Below, one piece after another: positions 17,511 to 25,106 of a DNA stretch of 32,000 nt. The stretch covers positions 330,001-362,000 of the forward strand of contig NC_017080.1 of the NCBI RefSeq assembly GCF_000284115.1, written 5' to 3'. The notes beneath the pieces are model-generated. The model worked only from the letters and a program-made list of their open reading frames with translations. It did not search any database and was not told the DNA's origin. Position 1 is the first letter of the stretch. The number at the start of each line of letters is the position of its first letter. The DNA is from Phycisphaera mikurensis NBRC 102666 (GTDB lineage: Bacteria; Planctomycetota; Phycisphaerae; Phycisphaerales; Phycisphaeraceae). The position numbers and the translations under genes are program-made.

Positions 17511-18808
17511 CACGCTTTCTCCAGCACGAGGGCCGTGTTCTGCCCGCCGACCGCGGTGGACGCAACCAGGATGGTCTCCAGCTTCTCGGCGTCCTCGCTC
17601 TTCGCCGCGCAGCCAGCCCGCGGTTCCTTCCGGTTCACGATCGGCGGCAGCTCGCCCCGCGACAGCGCCTCCGCCGCGACCGCGACCTCGAAGCCGCCCG
17701 CCCCCGCGGCGAGGTTCCCGGTGGAGGCCTTGAGCCCGAGCACCGGCACCCGGTCGAGCCCGTCGCCGAACACCGCCCGCAGGGCGGAGGCCTCCGCCGC
17801 GTCCCACAGCGGGTGGCCGATCCCGAAGGGGATCACCGCGTCCACGTCCTCGGGGCTCTTCCCCGCGTCGGCCAGCGCCCGCCGCATCGACGCCGCGATC
17901 GCCCGGCCCTCCGGGTCCGGCTGCCGATTCAGGCTCTCGGGGTGGAACGTCTGCGAGGACGCGAAGCCGGACAGCCGCGCCCGCGGGGCCGCCCCGCCGC
18001 GGCGCTCCAGGTTCTCCGCCGTCTCGATCACCAGGATCCCGCCGCCCTCGGCGACCGCCGTGCCTTCGGCGTTCTCGTCGAAGGGTCGCACGCTCCCGCC
18101 GGTCGGCGCCAGCCGCCCCCCGAGCACCTGCCGGTGGAAGGCCATCGGGTTCAGCCGGCTCTCGGCCCCGCCGCAGAAGCACGCGTCGGCCGCGCCGCGC
18201 TGGATCACCCGCAGGCTCTCGCCGATCGACAGCCCGCCGCTGGCCTCGCCGCAGGTGATCGTGTTGCTGGGCCCGCGGGCCTCGTGGATGATCGTCACGT
18301 GGCAGGCGAGCATGTTCGGCAGGTACTTGAGCAGCCACAGCGGCGTGAGCTGCTGCATCCCCTCGGCGCCCCACTTCTTCAGGCTGAAGCTCCCGTCGTC
18401 GTCGGTCGACCCCGCCAGCGCCGCCCCCAGCTCGTTCTCGTCGGCCGCGATCAGCCCCGCCCCGATGTGGCAGCCGAAGCGCTCCGCCGCGACACCGGGT
18501 TCGCCCCCCTCCGCCGTTCCCGGCGTCACCAGCCCCGCGTCCTTCGCCGCGAGCTTCGCCGCCACCACCGCCAGCTCGATGTCCCGGGCCATCACCTTGA
18601 CCGCCTTGCGGTAGCTCTTGGGCACCGCCTTCTTGACGTCGAGATCGGTGACTTCGCCCGCGAGGTCGTGGCCCGTGCCCGACGCGTCGAAAGCCGACAC
18701 CGGCCCGAGCCCGATCTTCCCCGCGGCGAGCGCCGACCAAACCTCGTCGATGCCCTGCCCCAGCGGCCCGACGGGTCCAAGCCCGGTGATGTAGACGCGC
18801 AAAGCCAT
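17510..18808 (-). CDS. Ketosynthase-like paralog lacking the catalytic triad (chain-length-factor-like partner)
   Basis: 432 aa from ATG at 18808. Aligns without gaps to FabF around all three motifs: RGPSNTITCGEASGGLSIG (Glu at the nucleophile position, a Cys 2 residues earlier), VIPFGIGHPLWDAAE (Phe at the first His), LKASTGNLAAGAGG (Asn at the second His). Its TGA overlaps the ATG of the downstream KS (TGATG at 17508-17512). Confidence 0.88.
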   Translation of the reverse strand: MALRVYITGLGPVGPLGQGIDEVWSALAAGKIGLGPVSAFDASGTGHDLAGEVTDLDVKKAVPKSYRKAVKVMARDIELAVVAAKLAAKDAGLVTPGTAEGGEPGVAAERFGCHIGAGLIAADENELGAALAGSTDDDGSFSLKKWGAEGMQQLTPLWLLKYLPNMLACHVTIIHEARGPSNTITCGEASGGLSIGESLRVIQRGAADACFCGGAESRLNPMAFHRQVLGGRLAPTGGSVRPFDENAEGTAVAEGGGILVIETAENLERRGGAAPRARLSGFASSQTFHPESLNRQPDPEGRAIAASMRRALADAGKSPEDVDAVIPFGIGHPLWDAAEASALRAVFGDGLDRVPVLGLKASTGNLAAGAGGFEVAVAAEALSRGELPPIVNRKEPRAGCAAKSEDAEKLETILVASTAVGGQNTALVLEKA

Positions 18809-18853
18809 GGGCGGGGAGGGTAAGGAAGCGCTCCGGCTTCGCCGCCACCGGTT

Positions 18854-18899
18854 CCGCGGACCGTCGCCCCTCCCGCCGCTTCGGACCCACGGTCCGCGG
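18854..18899. repeat. 46-bp palindromic intergenic element, copy D
   Basis: Perfect arms at 18854-18863 and 18890-18899 with a 26-nt spacer. Lies between the PEP-CTERM gene stop and the KS-like gene start. Confidence 0.85.
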
Positions 18900-18921
18900 A
18901 TCCGCGGCCCTGCCGCCGCGA

Positions 18922-19824
18922 TCAGTTCCGGCGGCCGGTGAGAATCAGCAGGGCTCCGGTGGCGAGCAGCAGGGCCGAGGCGGGCTCGGGGACCACCTCG
19001 AAGTCCACGAGGTCGAGGTCGTTGATCGTGTTTGTGAACACGGTGTCCCCGTTGTTCACGCCGCGCACGTCGTCGACGCCGTGGGTGAAGCGGATCCCGC
19101 CGATGAGCGTCGTCGCCGGCGCGACGCCGGTCGCGGCCGGGGTGTCGGGCTCGGACCCGGTGATCGCGTCCATGCTCCCGTTGGAGCCCGGCGCCGTGAG
19201 GTCGGTCCCCACCGCCGTGACGCTGCCGAGGCCGTCGGCGACGTAGTTGCCGGTGGACGCCGAGCCCCCGACCGGCGTGTGCGTCGCGTAGGACCCGATC
19301 GCGGGCGTCGGGCTGAAGGGGTTCCCGCCGGCGTCGAGGAACTCCATCACGGAGTGCTCCCACACCACGCCGGCGCTGTTGCCGCTGGACCAGCTGAGGT
19401 CGGCGACGTCGCTCGCCTCCACGAGAAGCGTGAGGAAGTCGATCTGGATCGTCTGCGTCACGCGGTGCCCGCCGTTGTTGGCGAGGACCCCGCCGCCGGA
19501 GACGAAGCTCGGATCGATCGTCGAGACCAGCCCGGTCCCGCTGGTCCCCGTCGTCGCGACCCAGGACACGTTGTTGCCGTCGTCGGCGGTGAGCCCGGTG
19601 GCGGTGACCGACACCGCGATGTCCGCCACGCCGTCCGCGACGGCCAAGCCGGTCGCCGCGTCGAAGACGTCGTAGAGGCCCGGCCCGTTGTAGTTGCCGC
19701 CGACCTTGAGGAAGTCGTCGACGAGATCGAACGCGGGAACGACCGCCGCGGAGGCCGCCCCGCCCGCCGCCACCGCCAGCAGCGCCGCCGACGCCGAGCC
19801 CGCGAACGTGTGCCTGGGTCTCAT
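18922..19824 (-). CDS. PEP-CTERM sorting-domain secreted protein
   Basis: N-terminal signal peptide SASAALLAVAAGGAASAA. C-terminal VPEPASALLLATGALLILTGRRN (PEP motif + TM + basic tail). Strong AAGGAGG Shine-Dalgarno 6 nt upstream of the ATG at 19824. Confidence 0.9.
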   Translation of the reverse strand: MRPRHTFAGSASAALLAVAAGGAASAAVVPAFDLVDDFLKVGGNYNGPGLYDVFDAATGLAVADGVADIAVSVTATGLTADDGNNVSWVATTGTSGTGLVSTIDPSFVSGGGVLANNGGHRVTQTIQIDFLTLLVEASDVADLSWSSGNSAGVVWEHSVMEFLDAGGNPFSPTPAIGSYATHTPVGGSASTGNYVADGLGSVTAVGTDLTAPGSNGSMDAITGSEPDTPAATGVAPATTLIGGIRFTHGVDDVRGVNNGDTVFTNTINDLDLVDFEVVPEPASALLLATGALLILTGRRN

Positions 19825-20010
19825 CCGGAACCTCCTTGGGAGTGCGGGCCGCGACCAGGAGGAGACCCCTCCTCGGTTCCGACCCCGCAGCGAAGAACCT
19901 AAGGAGGTGCGGCCCGCTTCGACCGGGCGAAGCCGCCTTTCGAGCGAGATTCCAGATTTTCAGGCGAACCCCGACGGAACCTCCCGCCCCCCCCGGAGAG
20001 GTCCCCACGC

Positions 20011-20505
20011 GCCGGCCGGAGGCCAAGGTGGCCCACCGCCACCGGCGGCGTAGGTCGGGCGGAGCCCGAGCGGTTCTTGGCGGTGCGGGCGTGTCCGCTG
20101 CGCGGGCTCTACACCGCCGGGGGCGGTGAGCCACCTGCGGGCCTGCGGGCCCGGGCCCTCACGATCCGCGGCTTCGCGCTGAGCACGCGGCTTGGCGGCC
20201 CGCTTCGTCTGCCGGCCGGAGGCCAAGGTGGCTCACCGCCTCCGGCGGTGTAGGTCGGGCGGAGCCCGAGCGGTTCTTGGCGGTGCGGGCGTGTCGGCTG
20301 CGCGGGCTCTACACCGCCGGGGGCGGTGAGCCACCTGCGGGCCTGGGCCCGGGCTCCCAGGGTCCGCGGCTTCGCGCTGAGCGTGCGGCTTGGCGGCCCG
20401 CGCCGTCTGCCGGCCGGAGGCGGAGGTGGCTCACCGCCTCCGGCGGTGTAGGTCGGGCGGAGCCCGAGCGGTTCTTGGCGGTGCGGGCGCGTCCGCTGCG
20501 CGGGC
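20011..20505. repeat. Tandem repeat, ~200-bp unit x 2.5 copies (20011, 20211, 20409), each unit a nested imperfect palindrome
   Basis: Direct alignment by eye puts copies 1 and 2 at roughly 90% identity over 198-200 bp. Copy 3 is truncated after about 97 bp. Each full unit has 24-nt inverted arms (copy 2: 20227-20250 GGTGGCTCACCGCCTCCGGCGGTG and 20312-20335 CACCGCCGGGGGCGGTGAGCCACC; 23/24 complementary). Confidence 0.9.
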
Positions 20506-20541
20506 ACAGCCTCCGTGGTGCGTCGAGATCGGCGGCTCCGC

Positions 20542-22152
20542 TCAGGCCCCGGCCGGGGTGGCGGCTTCTTCGGCGTCTTCGCCGGTGTCGAGGCGGTCCA
20601 GGGCGGAGCGGGCGAGGCCCAGGCCCATCTCGTCGTGGAGGTAGCAGGCGGCGTCGACGCCGGCGGCACGCAGGGCGTCGATCTCGTCGGGGAAGCGGGC
20701 CATCGCGACGATGTGGCCGGTGTAGCCGCGGGCGCGGATCAGCCGCGTGATCGTGTTGGACTCGGCCTTGGCCTGCAGGCTGATCACGACCAGCTCGGTG
20801 GAGGAGTCGGGGCTGAGGCGGGCGTAGAAATCGGGATCGGTGGCGTCGCCGTGGACGACGGTCCGCCCGGCGGCGGCGTGCCGCTCGACGGTGGTGCGGT
20901 TGACGTCGAGGCCGATGACCCCCTCGCCCAGCCGCTCCCGCAGCGCGTCGTAGGCGGCGGTGCCGACGCGGCCCATCGCGATCACCACCGCCCGCGGCGG
21001 CCGCTCCAGCTCGATGTGCCGGTCGTCGGGCAGCCGCTCCTGGGTCTCGAAGCCCAGCAGCCGCGATTGCCAGCGGGCGAAGAGGCGGTGCGCCGCCGCG
21101 TTGAAGGGGGCCGCGAGCACGAAGCTGAGGCTCACGGTGATCGCCAGCACGACCAGCCACTCGCGGCTGATCCAGCCTTTGTCCGCACCGAGCGCGCCGA
21201 CGATCAGCCCGAACTCGCTGGCGTTGGCGAGCACGACCGCGCTGAGCATCGCGGTGCGGGCCCGCAGCCGGAAGCGGGTCATCAGCCAGAAGAAGGCGAC
21301 CGCCTTGAGCGGCACCAGCAGCACCAGCGCCACCGCGATCCCCAGCTGCTCGGGGCCCGGCAGCCCGTTGAGGCCGATCGTCAGGAAGAAGGCGACCAGC
21401 AGGAGGTCTTTGAGGCCCAGCAGGCTCTTGGAGAGCTCGCTGGCCTTGGGGTGCGAGCCGATGAGCAGGCCGGCGATCAGGGCGCCCAGGTCGGGCTTCA
21501 TCTTCAAGAGGGTGAACAGCTCGGTGAAGCCGTAGACCAGCACGAGCCCCGAGAGCAGCAGCAGCTCGCCGTGGCCGACCCGGTCCATCGCGAGCTTGAG
21601 CAGCGGCCGCACGAGCGGCAGCGCGAGCAGGCCGACCGCCCAGGGGGACGGCACCTTCCCCAGCGACGCGGTGAGGAAGACGATCGCGAAGAGGTCCTGC
21701 ACGATGAGGACCCCGATCGCCTCGTCGCCGTGGCGGCTCTTCAGCTCCGCCTTGTCTTCGAGCACCTTCACCGCGAAGACCGTGCTGGAGAAGCTGAGCG
21801 CGAAGGCGATCAGGAGCGAGGTGCTCCAGGACAGCTCGGCGAAGATCCCAAGCCCCAGCAGCGAGAGCCCGAAGAGGCCGACCCCGACCCCGAGCGTGGT
21901 CGCGGCCATGTGCGCCGAGGCGACTCCCCAGACCTCGGGCTTCGCGAGGCCGCGGAGGTCCAGCTTGAGCCCGATGCTGAACAGCAGCAGGTGGATGCCC
22001 AGGTCGGCCAGCGTGTCGAGCGTGTCCGAGGGCTCGACCCCGATGCCCGAGAGCACGAAGCCCGCCCCCAGGAAGCCGACCATCGGCGGCAGGCCGAGCT
22101 GCCGGACCGCGAGGCCGACCAGGAACGCGATGACCACCCAGATCGGATCCAT
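20542..22152 (-). CDS. Monovalent cation:proton antiporter-2 (CPA2) family, Kef/YbaL-like, with C-terminal TrkA-N/RCK domain
   Basis: MDPIWVVIAFLVGLAVRQLGLPPMVGFLGAGFVLSG followed by 12-13 TM segments. C-terminal AVVIAMGRVGTAAYDALRE Rossmann motif. ATG at 22152; the maximal ORF starts with GTG at 22176. Confidence 0.9.
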   Translation of the reverse strand: MDPIWVVIAFLVGLAVRQLGLPPMVGFLGAGFVLSGIGVEPSDTLDTLADLGIHLLLFSIGLKLDLRGLAKPEVWGVASAHMAATTLGVGVGLFGLSLLGLGIFAELSWSTSLLIAFALSFSSTVFAVKVLEDKAELKSRHGDEAIGVLIVQDLFAIVFLTASLGKVPSPWAVGLLALPLVRPLLKLAMDRVGHGELLLLSGLVLVYGFTELFTLLKMKPDLGALIAGLLIGSHPKASELSKSLLGLKDLLLVAFFLTIGLNGLPGPEQLGIAVALVLLVPLKAVAFFWLMTRFRLRARTAMLSAVVLANASEFGLIVGALGADKGWISREWLVVLAITVSLSFVLAAPFNAAAHRLFARWQSRLLGFETQERLPDDRHIELERPPRAVVIAMGRVGTAAYDALRERLGEGVIGLDVNRTTVERHAAAGRTVVHGDATDPDFYARLSPDSSTELVVISLQAKAESNTITRLIRARGYTGHIVAMARFPDEIDALRAAGVDAACYLHDEMGLGLARSALDRLDTGEDAEEAATPAGA

Positions 22153-22247
22153 GCCTGCCGCTCCGGACGCGCCCACTCCAAAACCTCCGCCATCGGTCCG
22201 ACCCGGGCACGCGGGTGAAAGCGTTGGGGCCGCTGGCCGGGGCGGAG

Positions 22248-22293
22248 CCGCGGACCGCGTGCCGTTTCGGCGAGAAACCGCGACGGTCCGCGG
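22248..22293. repeat. 46-bp palindromic intergenic element, copy E
   Basis: Perfect arms at 22248-22257 and 22284-22293 with a 26-nt spacer. Lies between the TatD stop and the antiporter start. Confidence 0.85.
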
Positions 22294-22299
22294 AGTCCT

Positions 22300-23100
22300 T
22301 TAGCCCGGGAGGCGGAACCGCCCGCTCTCCCGCAGGAAGCGGGTGGGGGCTTCGAAGAGGACGTCGCGGACGAACGCCGCGTCGTGGCCGCGAGCGCGGA
22401 GCTCCAGGGCGCACTTGGGGACCGCGAGGGGGTCGCTTCTTCCCCAGTCGGCGGCGGAGTTGATCCAGGTGCGCTCGCTCCCGTAGCACTCCAGCAGGTC
22501 GGCGGCGCGGGCCGGGGAGAGCTTGGAGTCGGGGTAGAGGGTCATGCCGGCCCAGTACCCGCGGTCGAGGACCATCGAGGCGGTGTGCTCCTCGACGTGG
22601 TCGACGAGGACGCGGGCCGGATCCACGCCGGCGGCGTCGAGCGCGTCGAGGATCAGGCGGGTGCCCTTGCTCTTGTCCTCGAGGTGCGGGGTGTGGACGA
22701 GGATCAGCTTGTCGTGCTCCAGCGCGAGGGCGACGTGCTCCTCGAAGACGGACAGCTCGGCCCGGGTGTTGCGGTTGAGGCCGATCTCGCCGACGCCCAG
22801 CACGTTGGGTCGGTCCAGCAGGTCCGGGATCAGCGACATCACCTCGCGGGCGAAGGCGGTGTCCTGGGCTTCCTTCGGGTTGACGGCGAGCCAGCAGAAG
22901 TGCTGGATGCCGAACCGGGCGGCGCGGGCGGGCTCCACGTCCGTGAGCTGGCGGAAGTAGTCGGCGAAGCCGGCGGGGCTGGAGCGGTCGAAGCCGGCCC
23001 AGAAGGCGGGCTCGGTGACGGCCACGCAACCGGCGGCGGCCATGGCGGCGTAGTCGTCGGTCGTCCGCGAGACCATGTGGATGTGCGGGTCGATGTACAT
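22300..23100 (-). CDS. TatD-family metal-dependent hydrolase
   Basis: 266 aa from ATG at 23100. [31 protein letters not shown] metal-ligand motifs. The upstream extension to 23214 is Arg-rich and unlikely to be coding. Confidence 0.85.
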   Translation of the reverse strand: MYIDPHIHMVSRTTDDYAAMAAAGCVAVTEPAFWAGFDRSSPAGFADYFRQLTDVEPARAARFGIQHFCWLAVNPKEAQDTAFAREVMSLIPDLLDRPNVLGVGEIGLNRNTRAELSVFEEHVALALEHDKLILVHTPHLEDKSKGTRLILDALDAAGVDPARVLVDHVEEHTASMVLDRGYWAGMTLYPDSKLSPARAADLLECYGSERTWINSAADWGRSDPLAVPKCALELRARGHDAAFVRDVLFEAPTRFLRESGRFRLPG

Positions 23101-23138
23101 CGCGCGGGGCCGCCGGGCCCCGCAAGGTACGACGCCGG

Positions 23139-24248
23139 TCACCCCCGGAGCAGCCCGGCCAGCACCATGGCGGCGCCGGGCACGGCGAGGCAGGCGCCGG
23201 CGAGGCCCAGGCACAGGCGGGTGGTGCGGGAACGCTCGTCCTCGGCCTCGCCGAACAGCGGCGGGAGCACGCCGGCGAGCACGCGGACCGGGGCGTCGAG
23301 CTTGGCGGCGGCGGGGCGGAGGAGCGGGCGTCGCGCGCGGCCCGGCGTCGCGGGAGGCGGCGGGGCCGCGGCGGCGGCCGGCGCGTCGGACGCGGCGGGT
23401 GCGGGCGGTGGCGGGGCGTCCGGTGCGTCCGGGGGGGCGGCCGCTTCGGCGGGTTCGGCGGGGGGTGGAACGGAAGCGTTCCGGATCCCGTCGCCGTCGC
23501 CGTCGCTGGCGGCCGGCTCGGGTTCGGGCGTGTGCGGCGGCGACACCGGCTCCGAAGGCAGGCCGGCCGCTTCGCGTTCGAGGGCGGCAAGGTCCAGGAA
23601 GGCGGCTTCTCGCCGCGCCGGCTGCGTGGGTGCTGGCGGGGGGGGCGCGGCCTCGGGCGGACCCGCCGGGTCCGCCGGGTCCGCCGGGCCGAACTCCGCC
23701 TCGGCCTCGGCGGCGAGCAGCGCGTCGAGGTCGAGCAGCTCGCCGGAGACCTCGGCGGGCGGTGCCGGCTCGGCGGCGGGCGGTCCGATCCCCGCCGCCG
23801 GAGCCCCGGCGGCCGCGCCCGGCTCGGGATTCGCGTCCGCGACAACGCCCGCCCCGGCTCCCGCGGCTCCGGCTCCTTCGGGCGGCGGTCCGCTCCCCGG
23901 AGCCTCCGGGGGGCCGTCGTCGTCGTCCGCCGAGTCGTGGTCGCGTTCGGGGTTGGCGTCGCCCTCGCCGCCCTCGCCCCCCCGCTCGCTCTCCCGCGCG
24001 GCCGCGAGCACGGCCGATCCCATCCGGGCCTCGACCTCCCGATCGATCTCCGCGGTGGCATCGCCGGCTCGCCGGGCGGGCTTCGCCTGCGCCGCGCCGC
24101 CGTCGCCCTCGGCGCCGGCGGCCGGGTTCGCCATCTTGTTCAGCAGCGAGTCGAGCTGGGCCTCGAGCTCGTGCGGCGGCGGAGCGTCCTCGCCGTCGCT
24201 CCGCGTGGGCGGCGGTTCGGGGTCGGGATGGTCCGGGGGCTGTTCCAC
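23139..24248 (-). CDS. Hypothetical acidic Pro/Ala/Glu-rich low-complexity protein with a single C-terminal transmembrane anchor
   Basis: 369-aa ORF. Third-position GC is nearly saturated in this frame. C-terminus [23 protein letters not shown]. No recognisable domain. The competing + strand ORFs look like shadows. Confidence 0.5.
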   Translation of the reverse strand: MEQPPDHPDPEPPPTRSDGEDAPPPHELEAQLDSLLNKMANPAAGAEGDGGAAQAKPARRAGDATAEIDREVEARMGSAVLAAARESERGGEGGEGDANPERDHDSADDDDGPPEAPGSGPPPEGAGAAGAGAGVVADANPEPGAAAGAPAAGIGPPAAEPAPPAEVSGELLDLDALLAAEAEAEFGPADPADPAGPPEAAPPPPAPTQPARREAAFLDLAALEREAAGLPSEPVSPPHTPEPEPAASDGDGDGIRNASVPPPAEPAEAAAPPDAPDAPPPPAPAASDAPAAAAAPPPPATPGRARRPLLRPAAAKLDAPVRVLAGVLPPLFGEAEDERSRTTRLCLGLAGACLAVPGAAMVLAGLLRG

Positions 24249-24338
24249 GCTGAGGGGCGGGGGTTCCCGCTCGCGTCTCTATCGTGCATCCGCGGGGGGG
24301 GATTCACCCGGAGGGCCCCGCGCGCCCCGCCCGCCGCC

Positions 24339-25049
24339 ATGCCGCCGACCTTCGTCCTCCCGGAACTGGCTTCCTGTGCCGCCGCGGAGCGGGTGGCGCT
24401 GCCCCGGGAGGAGGCGGTCCACGCGGCGCGGGTGCTCCGCCTCCGGGCCGGCGACCAGGTGACGCTGATCGACGGGGTAGGCACCCGCGCCGAGGCGGAG
24501 GTGGCGGGGGTGGAGCGCGGCGTCGTGACGGTTTGGGTGGGGGCTCGCTCCCGGCCGCCCGCGCCCAAGCCGGCGGTGCGCGTGCTCGCCGCCCCGCCCA
24601 AGGGCGCCCGCGCTGAAGCCATGGTCGACGGCCTCGCCCAGCTGGGCGTCGCGGCGTGGGTGCCCCTCTTGACCGACCGGGGCGAGCCGGACGGCTCCGC
24701 AAACCGCCGCCGCCGCTGGGAGCGGGCGGCGGCGGAGGCGGCGAAGCAGTGCGGGCGGGCCGCGTTCCTGCGCGTGGAGCCGGCGGCCGGGCTGGCGGAG
24801 ACGCTGAGGCCGCCCGCGGCGGGGCTGCGGGTGCTGGCGGATCCCGCCGGCGAGCGGCCCTCGCCGCCCCCCGGCACCGCCGCCGTCGACCTGTTCGTCG
24901 GCCCCGAAGGCGGGTTCACCGACGCGGAGCGTCGGCGGATCCTCGATGCCGGCGCGGCCGCGTGGAGGCTGGGTCCGCACGTCCTGCGGATCGAGACCGC
25001 GGCCCTGGCGGGCGCCGCGATCGCCGCCCGCGGACCGACGCCGGTTTAG
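24339..25049 (+). CDS. rsmE: 16S rRNA (uracil1498-N3)-methyltransferase
   Basis: In-frame ATG at 24339 inside track ORF 23532-25049. HAARVLRLRAGDQVTLIDG, KGARAEAMVDGLAQLGV, AAKQCGR, LFVGPEGGFTDAE, LGPHVLRIETAAL. Confidence 0.88.
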   Translation: MPPTFVLPELASCAAAERVALPREEAVHAARVLRLRAGDQVTLIDGVGTRAEAEVAGVERGVVTVWVGARSRPPAPKPAVRVLAAPPKGARAEAMVDGLAQLGVAAWVPLLTDRGEPDGSANRRRRWERAAAEAAKQCGRAAFLRVEPAAGLAETLRPPAAGLRVLADPAGERPSPPPGTAAVDLFVGPEGGFTDAERRRILDAGAAAWRLGPHVLRIETAALAGAAIAARGPTPV

Positions 25050-25075
25050 AGCCCGGGGCCGGCGTGGTCCGCGGG
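25029..25075. repeat. Palindromic intergenic element, copy F (variant, 27-nt spacer, one arm mismatch; extra GTCCGCGG direct repeat to 25083)
   Basis: CCGCGGACCG at 25029-25038 and TGGTCCGCGG at 25066-25075. Spans the rsmE stop codon, between convergent rsmE and sufD. Confidence 0.7.
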
Positions 25076-25106
25076 TCCGCGGATTCGCGCCCCTCCCGCC
25101 GCGTGC

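Noticed and set aside
14865-18614. 1249-aa + strand ORF, and 14686-16104(-), spanning the fibro-slime and ketosynthase genes
   Set aside because: Low-complexity R/G/A/P translation. It conflicts with two motif-verified ketosynthase genes and the fibro-slime gene.
20011-20505. Possible CRISPR array
   Set aside because: The whole ~200-bp unit is repeated head-to-tail with no unique spacers between short repeats, and no cas genes are nearby. It is a tandem repeat, not a CRISPR array.
19694-20750. Small ORFs across the tandem repeat (19836-20129, 19960-20226, 20109-20669, 20277-20750) with repeated peptide strings such as RTRPHRQEPLGLRPTY
   Set aside because: The peptide repetition only reflects the DNA repeat. 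All frames are open because of GC content, the translations are R/P/G-rich, and some overlap the antiporter C-terminus.
20309-24462. 1250-aa - strand ORF (20309-24061) and 692-aa + strand ORF (22384-24462)
   Set aside because: They overlap the motif-supported antiporter and TatD genes off-frame or antisense, and have extreme Arg/Pro content.
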